A stretch of 64,000 nucleotides of DNA from Squalus acanthias (taxonomy: Eukaryota): positions 46,626,001 through 46,690,000 of the forward strand of contig CM059432.1 of the NCBI GenBank assembly GCA_030390025.1. The letters run 5' to 3'. This document shows positions 63,889 through 64,000 of the stretch, one piece after another. The notes below the pieces were generated by a model. The model searched no databases, had not been told where the DNA came from, and worked only from the letters and a program-made list of their open reading frames with translations. Position 1 is the first letter of the stretch. Each line of letters begins with the position of its first letter. The translations under genes and the position numbers were made by a program.

Positions 63889-64000
63889 TTTTTCTTTACC
63901 AAAAAAAGCTCTGTTGCCACTTAAAATTTTTATCCAATCTGAACTTTTTGCTCAGCATAGTTACATTATGCATGATGAGTATGAAAGACTCATACTCACA

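Overview
Eukaryotic, repeat-saturated intronic or intergenic DNA. The repeat repertoire (several CR1 LINE families, Deu-domain tRNA-SINEs, Penelope-like elements, abundant PIF/Harbinger derivatives) suggests a cartilaginous fish; that is inference. I could not recognise any host protein-coding exon. The main structure is a nest at 28.9-42.8 kb. A complete but decayed two-gene Harbinger transposon (spliced Myb/SANT gene on +, DDE transposase on -) sits inside a CR1 fragment. It is interrupted by a defective endogenous retrovirus-like element (integrase + env + 3' LTR, minus strand) and by a CR1; the provirus in turn carries a CR1 and a MITE. The env is not a typical orthoretroviral env: after an R-R-R-(R>W) furin site comes a ~450-aa fusion subunit laid out like a paramyxo/pneumovirus F1, consistent with a lokiretrovirus-like element. 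Two Penelope-like insertions are near-perfect fold-back palindromes (92- and 218-bp arms) flanked by TSDs, and each carries a minimal hammerhead ribozyme motif on both strands with stem covariation. A second Penelope family carries another hammerhead next to a GIY-YIG C-terminus. Also present: two copies of an unusually long (~1.45 kb) solo LTR, a 613-bp solo LTR, an RTE LINE and many MITEs. All family names come from motif recognition by eye; no database search was run.
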